The notes under the pieces: generated by a model
What the model saw: the letters and a program-made list of their open reading frames with translations, nothing else
What the model was told of the DNA's origin: nothing
The model's database searches: none
Made by a program: the position numbers and the translations under genes
Source: a virus
Lineage: Duplodnaviria > Caudoviricetes
Strand: one strand, 5' to 3'
DNA: 41,831 bases
Virus record (IMG/VR): IMGVR_UViG_3300007764_000117
Location: 1 to 41,831 of that record
In this document: positions 23,823 to 33,667 of the stretch, in pieces
Layout: each line of letters begins with the position of its first letter
Numbering within the stretch: position 1 is the stretch's first letter

Positions 23823-26014
23823 CAGAGCCTCCCGTGACGAGTCTTTCCGCTGGCCTCCAGGATGGCGGCCATAGACTCCATTGACCACGTTCCAGAGGTC
23901 GTTCCGTCCCGCTCCAGACGCACGCGGAAAGCATTACCGTTTACACGCTGTCTAACCGACGTGTTTCTCCCGGCCGTAATGGTCTTTTTGAAGCTGGGAG
24001 TAGAACTCTCCACGACTGATTGGGGCGTGGACGCCGCGAAGACGGAGAGGGCGACTGGCCCCGAGTCCTGCCCGAATATGGGTACGATCTCGATGAGCCT
24101 GGAGTTTGCCAGCGGCCCATGAGGCGTGAGGGTAGTGAAGTCCACGTAGCTCTGAATGGGGGTGCCATCATCGTCCGACGAATCGCCGCTGAACTTTCGG
24201 ATATAGGAGTCGAACCCACCGAGCAACACTGCACGGTCCGTGGGCGAGGCACTATCCCACACGGAAACGCATACCGGCCCAATCGTCGCCGGGAACTCAT
24301 CCTTCCAGAAACTGTCTGTACGCCTATCCCATACGTAGTGCTCTGGCTGGGAGCCGCTATCGGGCTCCGTGAGGGGGCACACAAAAATGTGGCAAGCCTG
24401 GCGGTCCCGGTCCCACAGCAGGCGGACTACCTTATCCGTCGGGTCAATGGAAGCCAGGGTGGAATCCAACCGCCCGTTGCTGATGGGCTCTGGTTGACCC
24501 CCGGGGATCATCCGCCAGAATTTCCCCACCCCAAAGAAATACAGAACCCCGGTTTCATCCCAGGTGAAGGCATCGGGGCCCAGGATTCCAGTCTGGTAGC
24601 TTATGTTGTCCATGACCCCGCCAGCCGCGGGATCGCCGCGGAGCATCCACAGGGTGTGATCCCCGCCAAAAACGCACAGATCGTCACTGTATGGGATGAT
24701 CGCGGTAATAACGTCCCCGAGTTCGCCGGCGTCAGAATTGTTCCCGGCCACTGCCTGGGTGTCGGTGACCGTATCGGGTGAGTAATTCCAGTCATTGGGG
24801 TTGCCGACGGCGGACATGTACCAGTTGTAGGGGCTCTCCACAAGTCCAGCGAGGACAATACGCCCGCGGTACCGGGCAATGATGCGACAGGCCGCGGTGG
24901 CGTCGGACGATCCAACCGGAAGGCCGTCGCCCTCGTCGTCCTCCCAGGTTTCCACACTGCTGTCTGACGAGTCATAGACGAGATACCCGGAAGAGTGCCC
25001 ATTGCAGAAGTACGTCTTACCGAAGGCCGATACCATACGGACTGTACGGCCGGGGGGGAGGACATCCTCCCCGTCAGTAGCCAGAGACAGTCCATCGCTA
25101 TCGCCATGATAGATGTCCCCGCCGCATACGGCAATCAGCTCCCGGGAGGCCAGCCTCCCGGTGTATATCTGCTGGCTGACCTGGAAGGAATATACCCTCA
25201 CTACGCTGTAGTTGCGGACGAGGAAGCCCACATACTGATTGGTCCCGAGTTCGGACGATGTTACGGTGAACTGATGAACGTCATCCAGATACACCGCGAT
25301 AGTAGCTCCATCATCCACGACTTTCAGATCGTGTATCATCCCATCGGGAACCCAGGCGGCTTGAGTGTCGCCCCCGGGAAGCCGGCAGACCAGCCGGCTG
25401 TTGCTCGGATCGAGGTACACGGCCCCAAAATCCCCCGATGAAATCGTACCCGAAGCGGCAGAGGCCCGGATAACAACGCCGGAGAAATCCTGATTGGGGG
25501 GAGTGCTGACACCGGCCAGAACACGAGCTTCTATCACTATCTGGGAACCATCCCGTACCACCGGGCCCTTCCAGAGGATGGCGTTATCATTCAGAGCCCC
25601 CGTCTCCCCGGGATCGGGTGCGTAGTACCCTCCGGTCACTGCGTAGTAGTCATGCTCGTTCATCGAAGCAGACATCAGATCGGTGTTGTTGAAGTAGTAT
25701 GACTGAAACGAACTTGGGTCCAGGTCGTCCTCCAGGTCCTCGTACAGTAGCAAGGCCGCGGATACAACCTCGCCCGCATCTGCCGGGATGGACACATCCC
25801 CCAGGGCCTGTACCGCATTCCCCGTGTTGACAGCATCGTCCAGCCACTTGTCCAGACCTGGACGCTGCCCTCCCCGCAGACGCTTGTAAACATCGAATGG
25901 GCGTACGTTAAGGGCATCGGGCGACGTACCCGGAGGTTGTCGCCCGAATGCCCATCCCTCGTCCAATCCCTTGAGAGGGAAAGGAAGATCGACCGAAGTT
26001 CTCGCACCGGCCAT
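23822..26014 (-). CDS. Tail nozzle/stabilisation protein (T7 gp12 / P22 gp10-like beta-propeller) with inserted beta-sandwich
   Basis: YRGRIVLAG, WYMSAVGNPNDW, GDVITAI, LWMLRG; C-terminal FRVRLE..W.MES; position after the adaptor. Confidence 0.7.
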   Translation of the reverse strand: MAGARTSVDLPFPLKGLDEGWAFGRQPPGTSPDALNVRPFDVYKRLRGGQRPGLDKWLDDAVNTGNAVQALGDVSIPADAGEVVSAALLLYEDLEDDLDPSSFQSYYFNNTDLMSASMNEHDYYAVTGGYYAPDPGETGALNDNAILWKGPVVRDGSQIVIEARVLAGVSTPPNQDFSGVVIRASAASGTISSGDFGAVYLDPSNSRLVCRLPGGDTQAAWVPDGMIHDLKVVDDGATIAVYLDDVHQFTVTSSELGTNQYVGFLVRNYSVVRVYSFQVSQQIYTGRLASRELIAVCGGDIYHGDSDGLSLATDGEDVLPPGRTVRMVSAFGKTYFCNGHSSGYLVYDSSDSSVETWEDDEGDGLPVGSSDATAACRIIARYRGRIVLAGLVESPYNWYMSAVGNPNDWNYSPDTVTDTQAVAGNNSDAGELGDVITAIIPYSDDLCVFGGDHTLWMLRGDPAAGGVMDNISYQTGILGPDAFTWDETGVLYFFGVGKFWRMIPGGQPEPISNGRLDSTLASIDPTDKVVRLLWDRDRQACHIFVCPLTEPDSGSQPEHYVWDRRTDSFWKDEFPATIGPVCVSVWDSASPTDRAVLLGGFDSYIRKFSGDSSDDDGTPIQSYVDFTTLTPHGPLANSRLIEIVPIFGQDSGPVALSVFAASTPQSVVESSTPSFKKTITAGRNTSVRQRVNGNAFRVRLERDGTTSGTWSMESMAAILEASGKTRHGRL

Positions 26015-26024
26015 GCTGGCCACC

Positions 26025-26594
26025 CTAGTCGTTCGTGACTTGGAACGTCACACTGCTGCGTTCGTCCTCGTTGAAGGAGGCGAGGTCCGAGTTGTACCGG
26101 AGGCTCACGCCGTAAACCTTGGCGACACCGGAGCCGTCTCTCTGGGCGTCGATGCCGATGTGCAGAACGTCGCCGACCTTGAGCCCGAGGCCAGACAGAT
26201 CGAAGACGTACTGCTCCACCGTAGCGGCGACACCCTGGGCATCGCTCGTAACGCTGGACGAGATGTCCTCCGGAGCCGCGGCTCCGGGGCGGATCAGGTA
26301 CACGTCATCAAGGTTGAGCGTGATGGCGTTGGTGCTGCCGTCGCCCGTAGTCAGTTCTGCCGTCACGACGATGGACAGCCCGTCCTTCGACTCGTCGTAG
26401 TCCGACGGCACCTGAAACGGCGTGGTAAGGCTCTCGTTGTTCGCGTCGAGCTGGATCGAAATAACGCCGCTGGACAGGGCTGCGGCACTGGCCCCATCGG
26501 CAACGACGGACGAAAGGGGGATGACCTTCTCCCTGACAAAGCCATCTCCCGTCTTCAGGGAGGAAACTCGCTTGAGGAAATTCACTTCGTTCAT
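26025..26594 (-). CDS. Hypothetical virion protein (beta-rich)
   Basis: Acidic, beta-strand pattern, inside the structural operon. Confidence 0.65.
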   Translation of the reverse strand: MNEVNFLKRVSSLKTGDGFVREKVIPLSSVVADGASAAALSSGVISIQLDANNESLTTPFQVPSDYDESKDGLSIVVTAELTTGDGSTNAITLNLDDVYLIRPGAAAPEDISSSVTSDAQGVAATVEQYVFDLSGLGLKVGDVLHIGIDAQRDGSGVAKVYGVSLRYNSDLASFNEDERSSVTFQVTND

Positions 26595-26605
26595 GGTACT
26601 CTCCG

Positions 26606-27622
26606 TTAAGGGGTGTCGTAGGTCACAGTCGGCCTACGCTGGTACGTTCGGAAATTCCACGGCGTCAGGTTAACACGCCCGCTGCCGCCCAGACTCCCAA
26701 TCTTTCGTGGTGCCGAACCGCTGTCATTACGGTAGCAGTTCGGGAGGGCCTTCTTCTGGTAATACTCGGTAAGGCCCGCCACCAGGTCCTCGCCATCCCG
26801 CTCGGCCACAGCCTTACAAGCGGCTATCACCCCCTCATCGTGGATGAATCCGAAGGGGTGAAGATCGTCGAGGTCTTCGAGAACGTCGAATCTGGCCTCG
26901 TAGGGGAACTCCACCTGCTCGACACTGTTCGGCGGGGGGTAAACCATTAGCTCCCATCTCCGGCTATTGCCGGATACTCTGCGGACGGCGGCCTCACACG
27001 GATCGCCAGAGTCAGACAGGACGACGGACCGGAGCCTGCGTATGTGCGTCGGAGACGCCCACTCCATGGTAACGCCGTTGTTTGAGCCGCCCACATAGGT
27101 AATGGTCCCCATGGGGCTTCCGGAGAAGTAGAGCGGAATGGTATAGTTGCCGTTTGCCTCGATTGAGAATGTGGAACTCCCGGACCAGGCCACGTTGCCT
27201 CGCAACCGAAGGACTGTCGCCGAGTCCACGCGATAGATGGGGAAGTCATCGGCCGAAGTGACGGACAGGGTTTTGCCCTCCATGGAAGCATAGAAGGCGT
27301 CTTCGCTGCTGGTCACGGACGTGGTGTTCGACGCCGGATCGTAGCTCGACGTTGCCGTAACGTCGGAATCAACCGCCACGGATGGCCACAGGTCGATAGT
27401 AGCCATGACCCGGGCCGTCCGCCATCCGCCGGAGGGGGCGTCATGCTGGAACATACGCATGCCGTCCTCGACGATCCGCTTGCAGCGGTCCAGGTCATAC
27501 GTATCAACGGGCACCTGAGCAGCCTCGTCACCATCGGCACCGTAGTACGATACTCCGAGCTGTTCAGCCACCCGTATGAGGATGTCCCGGTAGGTCAGGA
27601 CCGATGTGGGCTCATCTGTCAC
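26606..27622 (-). CDS. Head-tail adaptor (gp11/gp4-like)
   Basis: LTYRDILIRVAEQLG N-terminal helix, LMVYPPP, HPF..HD.VIAA; synteny. Confidence 0.65.
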   Translation of the reverse strand: MTDEPTSVLTYRDILIRVAEQLGVSYYGADGDEAAQVPVDTYDLDRCKRIVEDGMRMFQHDAPSGGWRTARVMATIDLWPSVAVDSDVTATSSYDPASNTTSVTSSEDAFYASMEGKTLSVTSADDFPIYRVDSATVLRLRGNVAWSGSSTFSIEANGNYTIPLYFSGSPMGTITYVGGSNNGVTMEWASPTHIRRLRSVVLSDSGDPCEAAVRRVSGNSRRWELMVYPPPNSVEQVEFPYEARFDVLEDLDDLHPFGFIHDEGVIAACKAVAERDGEDLVAGLTEYYQKKALPNCYRNDSGSAPRKIGSLGGSGRVNLTPWNFRTYQRRPTVTYDTP

Positions 27623-27807
27623 TTTCCGCCCTTTCGGAACGCTTTCTTCAGTCCGCGTCGAACTCGCCGATGGAGGGGGCTATGCCCCTCGACGCCCTTA
27701 ATCTTCCCCGCATGCTTGCTGGCGTAGAAGACTTGCTCGCCCTTCTTGTCGCCGTACTCCTTCTTCATGGCGGCGAGAATGCGTTTGCCTTTTGCTGTGA
27801 GCGGCAT
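27619..27807 (-). CDS. Small basic conserved phage protein
   Basis: MPLTAKGKRILAAMKKEYGDKKGEQVFYAS..AGKIKGVE, a recurrent small phage family; RBS GAGGTG. Confidence 0.75.
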   Translation of the reverse strand: MPLTAKGKRILAAMKKEYGDKKGEQVFYASKHAGKIKGVEGHSPLHRRVRRGLKKAFRKGGK

Positions 27808-27823
27808 CGTTCACCTCGGACAA

Positions 27824-27868
27824 ACAGCACAGCAGGGAGGCCGATAACGGCTCTCCCGGCTGTGCTGT
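27824..27868 (-). terminator. Long hairpin downstream of the capsid/decoration genes
   Basis: acagcacagc-gggag-gccg / cggc-ctccc-gctgtgctgt, ~19 bp with a 4-nt loop; short U run on the - strand. Confidence 0.65.
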
Positions 27869-27889
27869 AGATCGTACTCTGTCCTGCGG

Positions 27890-28732
27890 TCAGGGGGAAA
27901 TCATCAGCATGACGAACGGGGGCCCGCCAGAGCCCGCAGTATCCTTCTGCATGATGTACCCCGCCACCTGGAAACCGGTCTCCAGCGTGACGCCGGTGGC
28001 CCCCGGTCCGTTGATTGAGCCGTCGCCGACGAAGACGACGAGACGCTCGTTTGCCACTCCCTGGCTCGTCCAGGCACCGCCGGGCGTCAGCCAGATGGGA
28101 CCCCAGGTCTGGCCCCAGAAGTAGGTACTGGCCGCGGCCACGTTGGTAATCGGCACACAGACATTCATCGCCAGTCCTGCGGTGTTCCCCTGCTTGAGGT
28201 GGCCGTAGGGGTTCAGCAGAACCTCGATGTACGTGGTGGCCGCCGTGATCGCGGTGGTGATACCGCCGTCCAGCGTGAGGTACGTGGACCCGCCACCCGA
28301 GGCGACAGCGGTGTTGCCCACGATGTAGCGGGTCTGAGCGGTCCCAGACCCCTCGTGCCCGAACACGACGTACGCACCCCGGAGTTCATCCTCGGCGATG
28401 GCCCCGTCCTCGGCGTACCCGTCGCCCGAGGCAATCGTCACCTTCAGAATGTTGCTCCCGACGGCACCGGTAGCGGGGCTGGTCTGAACCGGGGCCGAAC
28501 CGGCGATGTTCACCACCGCGTCGTTGTAGGCCCCCAGGCCGGCGGGGAGAGCCCCGGCCGACTTGCAGTATCGGAAGACTCGGCCGTCGGGGAGGACCAC
28601 GCGGTCTCCGATGGCCCACTTCCGGTCCTTAACGAGCGAGGTCTTGTAGATGAAGTCCCAGTTTGGCGTGTCGCCGAAGCGAACCTGGCCAGATCGGGGG
28701 AAATACTCAGCAGTCGTAACGCCCTTTGCCAT
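27890..28732 (-). CDS. Capsid decoration/cement-like protein
   Basis: Follows the major capsid gene; DGRVFRYCK and YFWGQTWG; Gly/Ala/Thr-rich. Confidence 0.65.
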   Translation of the reverse strand: MAKGVTTAEYFPRSGQVRFGDTPNWDFIYKTSLVKDRKWAIGDRVVLPDGRVFRYCKSAGALPAGLGAYNDAVVNIAGSAPVQTSPATGAVGSNILKVTIASGDGYAEDGAIAEDELRGAYVVFGHEGSGTAQTRYIVGNTAVASGGGSTYLTLDGGITTAITAATTYIEVLLNPYGHLKQGNTAGLAMNVCVPITNVAAASTYFWGQTWGPIWLTPGGAWTSQGVANERLVVFVGDGSINGPGATGVTLETGFQVAGYIMQKDTAGSGGPPFVMLMISP

Positions 28733-28752
28733 GATTGATTCTCCAGTCTACG

Positions 28753-29835
28753 TTAGCTGGTGATCGCCTTGTGGATCACGAAGCCGGCGGTTCGCCGATT
28801 GACGCAGAGGTTGTTGTGGGAGCCGTCGAGGTAGACCGTAACGGTCGTGTGCTGCGACCGGTCGATCATCGGCTTGGACTCCTCCATCCAGTACCCCTCC
28901 TGGACGAACGGAACGATCTTGCTCCAGTCCACGGTGTAGATCGGATCGTAGTCCGCATCATCCAGTTGCGGGATGTAGACGACGGGGCGACGATTGAAGA
29001 AGGTGGTGCCCTCAACGTCGATCAGAGCCTTCCCGGCCAGGTCCTTCGGCGTGCTGCTGTCATCCCGCTTGTCAGACATGTCCATAAGCTCGACGGCAAC
29101 GTCCGAGTTCACGTAGATGCGAACGTTACCGCGACCGTCGTTGCCAGGCGACTTGATGAAGGCCGGGGGCCGGAACCTGGTGAGGAGGAACGCCTTGCGA
29201 AGCGTGCGGAGCAGCTTGTTGTCCACCGCTGTGTAGATGTCGGCGTAGTTCCGCCACTTGCTCTCGTCGTTCGCGTCGATGCCGGCACAGGCCGTGCCCG
29301 TGGTCCCGTCCTCGTAGCGGATCGTCTTTCCGACAAACCCGCCGGTCGTGGAATCGGTATCGACCATGTTGAGGTAGTACGGAATCCCGTACGGATAGAG
29401 CTTGTCAGTGGCCGACGTGGGGGTCTTCCAGCCCCGGTCCTCCAGGAGGTTCGCCCAGCCCCAGAGCCGCTCCATGCGGCGGGTCTCCAGCAGGTCGATG
29501 AAACCCTTCGTGGAGTTGCGGTTCCGCATGATCTCCAGAACATCCCACGAATAGTTCGTGCCGAGCTGGCACCACGGCACCGAGATGTCGTGGATGACGT
29601 TCTGCACCGTCGGGCTGTCCGTATCGAACAGACGGCGATACTGGGCGGCACCCGTCTCGTCCAGGACGACGCGGCGGTCAATGGAAGTCCCGCCATCCAC
29701 GCGGCGACGGTCCCGCTGGTAGATGCGGCAGAACTCGTAGTCCACGTGGTCCCACATCACCTCGAACTGCCCATCGGGCAGATCGGGGAGCGTGGTCTGA
29801 ATCAGGTCAAGAAGTGCGTCATAGTCAACGCCCAT
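28753..29835 (-). CDS. Major capsid protein
   Basis: 360 aa directly after the scaffold; GG.SI, PYGI.Y, GIDA...WRN; strong GC3 codon bias. Confidence 0.8.
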   Translation of the reverse strand: MGVDYDALLDLIQTTLPDLPDGQFEVMWDHVDYEFCRIYQRDRRRVDGGTSIDRRVVLDETGAAQYRRLFDTDSPTVQNVIHDISVPWCQLGTNYSWDVLEIMRNRNSTKGFIDLLETRRMERLWGWANLLEDRGWKTPTSATDKLYPYGIPYYLNMVDTDSTTGGFVGKTIRYEDGTTGTACAGIDANDESKWRNYADIYTAVDNKLLRTLRKAFLLTRFRPPAFIKSPGNDGRGNVRIYVNSDVAVELMDMSDKRDDSSTPKDLAGKALIDVEGTTFFNRRPVVYIPQLDDADYDPIYTVDWSKIVPFVQEGYWMEESKPMIDRSQHTTVTVYLDGSHNNLCVNRRTAGFVIHKAITS

Positions 29836-29853
29836 GGTTCATTCTCCATAGAG

Positions 29854-30987
29854 TTATTGGAACAGCCTTTTGAGGCCATCGCTGACCCGCTGCTCCAGTT
29901 CATGTCTGGTGTCAGAAGAGGACTTCCCATTCTTGCCGGTATGCGTGGGGCGGAGGGAAACACCGGAAGCCCGCTTCTTCGCGGAGGCCCGAACTTCCTT
30001 CCTCGCCGCCTGCATATTGAACTCCCCGGCCACGACATCGTGACCGGCCCGGAGGGCCTCCTCCACTGAGATAAGTTCCACGGCCGGGTTCTGGCCGTGT
30101 TGGGCCTGGTTGCCAGTCAAGAGTGCGTCGGCCAGCTCAAGGACCTTGTTGCGAGTGGCGACTTGCTCTTCCGTTGGGCTATCCGTCCCATAGAACTCGG
30201 CGTAGCCCGACATCTCGGACGAGCCGAAAAACCCGTCGATCTGACGGACCAGTGCCTCCCGTTCCGACTTCTCCGCCGCCCGCATGCCCGACTCCACAGC
30301 CGGCATGACATCATTCAGCCGGCCGATGACTGCGTTGATGGGCTCGATCAGCTTGGAGATGACTTCCGAGTTCCCGAACTCCTCCACGAGGTCCTCGGGG
30401 TCGATAAGCTCCATGTGGGAGAAGGGGGACGCCGGTGACTTTCCCTCAGACTCCTTCTGGGGGCTGTCAGACTTCTTCCCCACCTCGGCCTTGATCTTCC
30501 GACCGAGATCGGCGAAACGAGAGATTTCAGCCACCCGATCCTGATGAAGACGGGCGGCGATCTGGAGAAAGGCATCCGGACTCCGACGGTAATGCCCGTC
30601 GATCTCATCGTCCGTCCACCCCTTCGACTTCAGTGACCGCCGATAGGCCGCGGGAAGGGTAGGCGGCTCGTCGCCGGCTGCTTCCTCGCCCTCGCCGTCC
30701 ACAGGGTCTGCGGACTTGTTCTCGGGTTCGCCGGAGTCATCATCCGCGGGTTCCCCGGGATCATCGTCCACAGGGTCCACGGACTTGTTCTCAGGCTCCC
30801 CGGGATCATCGTCCACGGGTTCCCCGGGATCGTCGTCCACGGGTTCGCCGGGGTCACCCCCGTCGTACTCCAGGTTGAACTTACGGAGACGCTCTTCGGT
30901 AGAAGCTTCGAGCTTCTCCCTACCGGTTTCGACCGATTCGTCGTCCGCGTGGTCCTCATCGAGGGACACATTCTCTTGGAGGGTCAT
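29854..30987 (-). CDS. Capsid scaffolding protein
   Basis: Acidic repeat-rich N-terminus, helical body, basic C-terminus; start 30987 after AAGGA; precedes the capsid gene. Confidence 0.75.
   Translation of the reverse strand: MTLQENVSLDEDHADDESVETGREKLEASTEERLRKFNLEYDGGDPGEPVDDDPGEPVDDDPGEPENKSVDPVDDDPGEPADDDSGEPENKSADPVDGEGEEAAGDEPPTLPAAYRRSLKSKGWTDDEIDGHYRRSPDAFLQIAARLHQDRVAEISRFADLGRKIKAEVGKKSDSPQKESEGKSPASPFSHMELIDPEDLVEEFGNSEVISKLIEPINAVIGRLNDVMPAVESGMRAAEKSEREALVRQIDGFFGSSEMSGYAEFYGTDSPTEEQVATRNKVLELADALLTGNQAQHGQNPAVELISVEEALRAGHDVVAGEFNMQAARKEVRASAKKRASGVSLRPTHTGKNGKSSSDTRHELEQRVSDGLKRLFQ
30697..30855 (-). repeat. Nested coding repeats in the scaffold (DDDPGEPV units; 21-aa duplication)
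   Basis: PGEPVDDD repeated; PGEPVDDDPGEPENKSVDPVD versus PGEPADDDSGEPENKSADPVD. Confidence 0.85.
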
Positions 30988-31042
30988 ACTCTTTCCTTTC
31001 TCGGCAAACTGCCCGCGAGAGCGGGGGTAGGATGCCATTCTC

Positions 31043-31071
31043 AGTATACCACACTACGAGGGATTGGACAA
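31043..31071 (-). promoter_or_regulatory. Sigma70-type promoter for scaffold/capsid
   Basis: On the - strand TTGTCC, 17 nt, TG-extended TATACT. Confidence 0.7.
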
Positions 31072-31077
31072 GGGGAT

Positions 31078-31407
31078 TCAGTTACGCTCCTCAAAGCCAA
31101 CCGCTTTGAGGATCGCCAGTTTCTCCTGGCGATTGTGGGCGATGGGGACGAGATCGGACGTAAACTCCAAGTCGGGGAGTTTCTCCCGCATATCCCGCAA
31201 CTGGTCAGGGCTCTCGGGGGCCACGGAAAACATCTCGATTGGCTGATGGAATGCCTGGTCCACAGTCGGCATCTTCCCATACCGCCGGAAAGTTTCGCTT
31301 GAGCCACACCGTTCGCACGCCTGCCCCTCTCGGGGGCGTTCGTGAACCTGGCACAGCGTCTCGGCCAGATGGCCACAAGTGTCGCACTGGATGACGTATC
31401 TGGGCAT
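31078..31407 (-). CDS. FmdB-like zinc-ribbon protein
   Basis: MPRY..CDTCGH...CERCGS; typical location between portal and scaffold. Confidence 0.8.
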   Translation of the reverse strand: MPRYVIQCDTCGHLAETLCQVHERPREGQACERCGSSETFRRYGKMPTVDQAFHQPIEMFSVAPESPDQLRDMREKLPDLEFTSDLVPIAHNRQEKLAILKAVGFEERN

Positions 31408-31410
31408 GAA

Positions 31411-31791
31411 TCAGGACTCCTTGGATGGCTTGGAGGTAGGGCTCTTCTTGGACGCCTTCTCCTCCGCCGCCCGCCTCTCCTTGAGCTGTTTCATGTATTC
31501 CTCCGCCGCCTGCTTGTAGGTGTCCGCGGCCTTCTTGTTCCCAGAGGCCGCCGCCTTCTTCGACAGTAACCGGAGATCGGCGACCTTCAGCTCCAACTGA
31601 CGAAGGGAATAGGTCGTCCGAAGAGCCCGGCTCAGCTTGGGCTGTACTTTGGCCTCCAGGGCCCGCCTCTCGTCCTCCTTGGCTTTTCGTTCCCTCTTGG
31701 TCTTGTCGCTCATGGATTCCAGATCACGCTGAAGAGACGGACGCCCACGGGTCCCTTCGTACCCGCTGGCTTTGTACTGGGGATATGGCAT
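31411..31791 (-). CDS. Hypothetical basic coiled-coil protein
   Basis: RBS GGAGGTG; in operon. Confidence 0.65.
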   Translation of the reverse strand: MPYPQYKASGYEGTRGRPSLQRDLESMSDKTKRERKAKEDERRALEAKVQPKLSRALRTTYSLRQLELKVADLRLLSKKAAASGNKKAADTYKQAAEEYMKQLKERRAAEEKASKKSPTSKPSKES

Positions 31792-31801
31792 GATTCACCT
31801 C

Positions 31802-33667
31802 CTACATCATCTGTCGGATGGGGAGAGCGGCCTGGCCTTCGGCCGATCCCTCCTGCTGGGAGCTGTTTATTTCCTGTGTTGGGGTTCGGACCGCTGGGAT
31901 GTTCGAGGGCTGCCCGTTCTGTCTGATGGAGCCCATGTTCCCCGCCCCCGCGGCGACAAGACCCTTCGAGGAATCGAACGCCGGCATGCGATTCATCATA
32001 GAAATCATGTGCATCTGGAACTCGGGGTCGTACAGAACCTCATCCATCCAGTCGATATCAAGCTCCTTGGCGATACGCTGGATGAACTTCGGGAACGAGA
32101 AGGGTACGCCCATCTGCATGAGCGTAACGGCCGCTGTAGCCGCCGCGGGGACGAACTTCACGGAGAACTCCATGATCTTATTCGCCCGCAGATGCGGGTC
32201 CATACGTGACATGGACTTGGGCTGAATCTCGAACATGAATGACAGGAAGTCTCCCCGACGGGCCTCGGGCGTAAGGATGACCTGCTCGTCCGTGTAGCCC
32301 GCCGGCCGAAGGAGGGCTATGCGACCGTCGGGCTGAATGGCCGTTTGCATCGGCTGATACTTACGCCGTATCAGGGGAATCTCGATCAGTGGGTCCGTGT
32401 GGAGGTACCACGCCCGCTTTGCAGCCTCCTCCGCCACCGCGGCATAGAGCTGGTCCTTATCGTCGTTGACCTGCACGGCCTGGTTGGCCTGAAGGATCGA
32501 CGCTTGGGTTGCGGTCGCGGAATCCTCCCGTATCCCCCCGAGGGCCTCCACGTTCCCGCTCATCGTGTTGAACCACAGCATGAGCTGTTGCAGATGAGCC
32601 TCGTTGGAGGCCCGCTGGCCCCCGAAGGAAAACATCTTAACGGAGTCCGGATGGCTCATACGCACGGCGTCGAGATTGGCAGCGTCCACGATCTCCTGGG
32701 CATCATCCGCTGCCGCCGGCGAGTAGCCCAGAACATCTTTCTGGGCGACCGCCTGATCTACGATCTTCTTCGCCATCTGATCGGCCAGAACCGCGAGATC
32801 GTGCCAGATTCCCACCGTGGAGACGGGAATGGGGTTGTTCGGTACGGGGGGAGAGAACGACAGGTATGTGTAGGGACCGGTATCCGGGCCGTAGAAATCA
32901 ACCACCCGGAGCCAATCCTTCACCTTCGTGCCGTCCGCCGGCAGCGTGACGAGGGCCTTAGCGGAGGGAATCCAGAGTTCCAGCAGCTCGATCTTGTCCT
33001 CCAGTCCATCCTTGTCGTCCTGTGGGACACTACTACGCGAGAGGTCCCGCGTGCTGCCTTCCTGCCTACGGTCGCTGGGCCTCCCCATCTTTTCGATCAC
33101 ATCGTTTGGGAAGAGTCCGGAGTCCAGGGCCATAGAGCGACTGACACACACCTTGTTCCCAACGAATGTCGGGCCGTCGAGACTCCTCGTCTCGGAGTCG
33201 ATCACCCAGTCCTCGAAATCCACGGGCTCCGTGTAGATTTCTCCAAGGTCGAGCGAGCCGTTCGGGCCGAGAGAGACGTTCGAGGACGATGTGCAGATGC
33301 CCGTCTTAACAATGCCCAAGCAGAACAGGGCGTCAACGATCCACCTACGGTATACCGTAGTGAGCTTATTGATCTTAGCCTGCTTATCAAGGGCGAGCCC
33401 GAGCAACTCACCATATGGACGATACGCCGCGTAGTCCGACTTCACGATGTGCTTCGGCCACGTCATAACCATCGTCGGAACGAGAACTCGAATGGCGTTG
33501 AATATCAGATTGAGGGGGTGAATTCCCACTTCGCCGTGGGACTTGTCATAATACTGGCCCACAAAGGTCTTGATGAACATAAGACGGGCACTGCGAAAGT
33601 TCCGGAGTCGCTTGAATCCGGCCTCCACCTGCCGTTGCACGGACTGAATCGTGATCTCACTCGGCAT
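31802..33667 (-). CDS. Portal protein
   Basis: ~620 aa immediately after TerL; NLIFNAI, GIVKTG, TATQASI, Q/P-rich tail. Confidence 0.8.
   Translation of the reverse strand: MPSEITIQSVQRQVEAGFKRLRNFRSARLMFIKTFVGQYYDKSHGEVGIHPLNLIFNAIRVLVPTMVMTWPKHIVKSDYAAYRPYGELLGLALDKQAKINKLTTVYRRWIVDALFCLGIVKTGICTSSSNVSLGPNGSLDLGEIYTEPVDFEDWVIDSETRSLDGPTFVGNKVCVSRSMALDSGLFPNDVIEKMGRPSDRRQEGSTRDLSRSSVPQDDKDGLEDKIELLELWIPSAKALVTLPADGTKVKDWLRVVDFYGPDTGPYTYLSFSPPVPNNPIPVSTVGIWHDLAVLADQMAKKIVDQAVAQKDVLGYSPAAADDAQEIVDAANLDAVRMSHPDSVKMFSFGGQRASNEAHLQQLMLWFNTMSGNVEALGGIREDSATATQASILQANQAVQVNDDKDQLYAAVAEEAAKRAWYLHTDPLIEIPLIRRKYQPMQTAIQPDGRIALLRPAGYTDEQVILTPEARRGDFLSFMFEIQPKSMSRMDPHLRANKIMEFSVKFVPAAATAAVTLMQMGVPFSFPKFIQRIAKELDIDWMDEVLYDPEFQMHMISMMNRMPAFDSSKGLVAAGAGNMGSIRQNGQPSNIPAVRTPTQEINSSQQEGSAEGQAALPIRQMM

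Noticed and set aside
28735-30069. 444-aa + strand ORF
   Set aside because: Antisense shadow of the capsid and scaffold genes caused by GC3 bias; no motifs.
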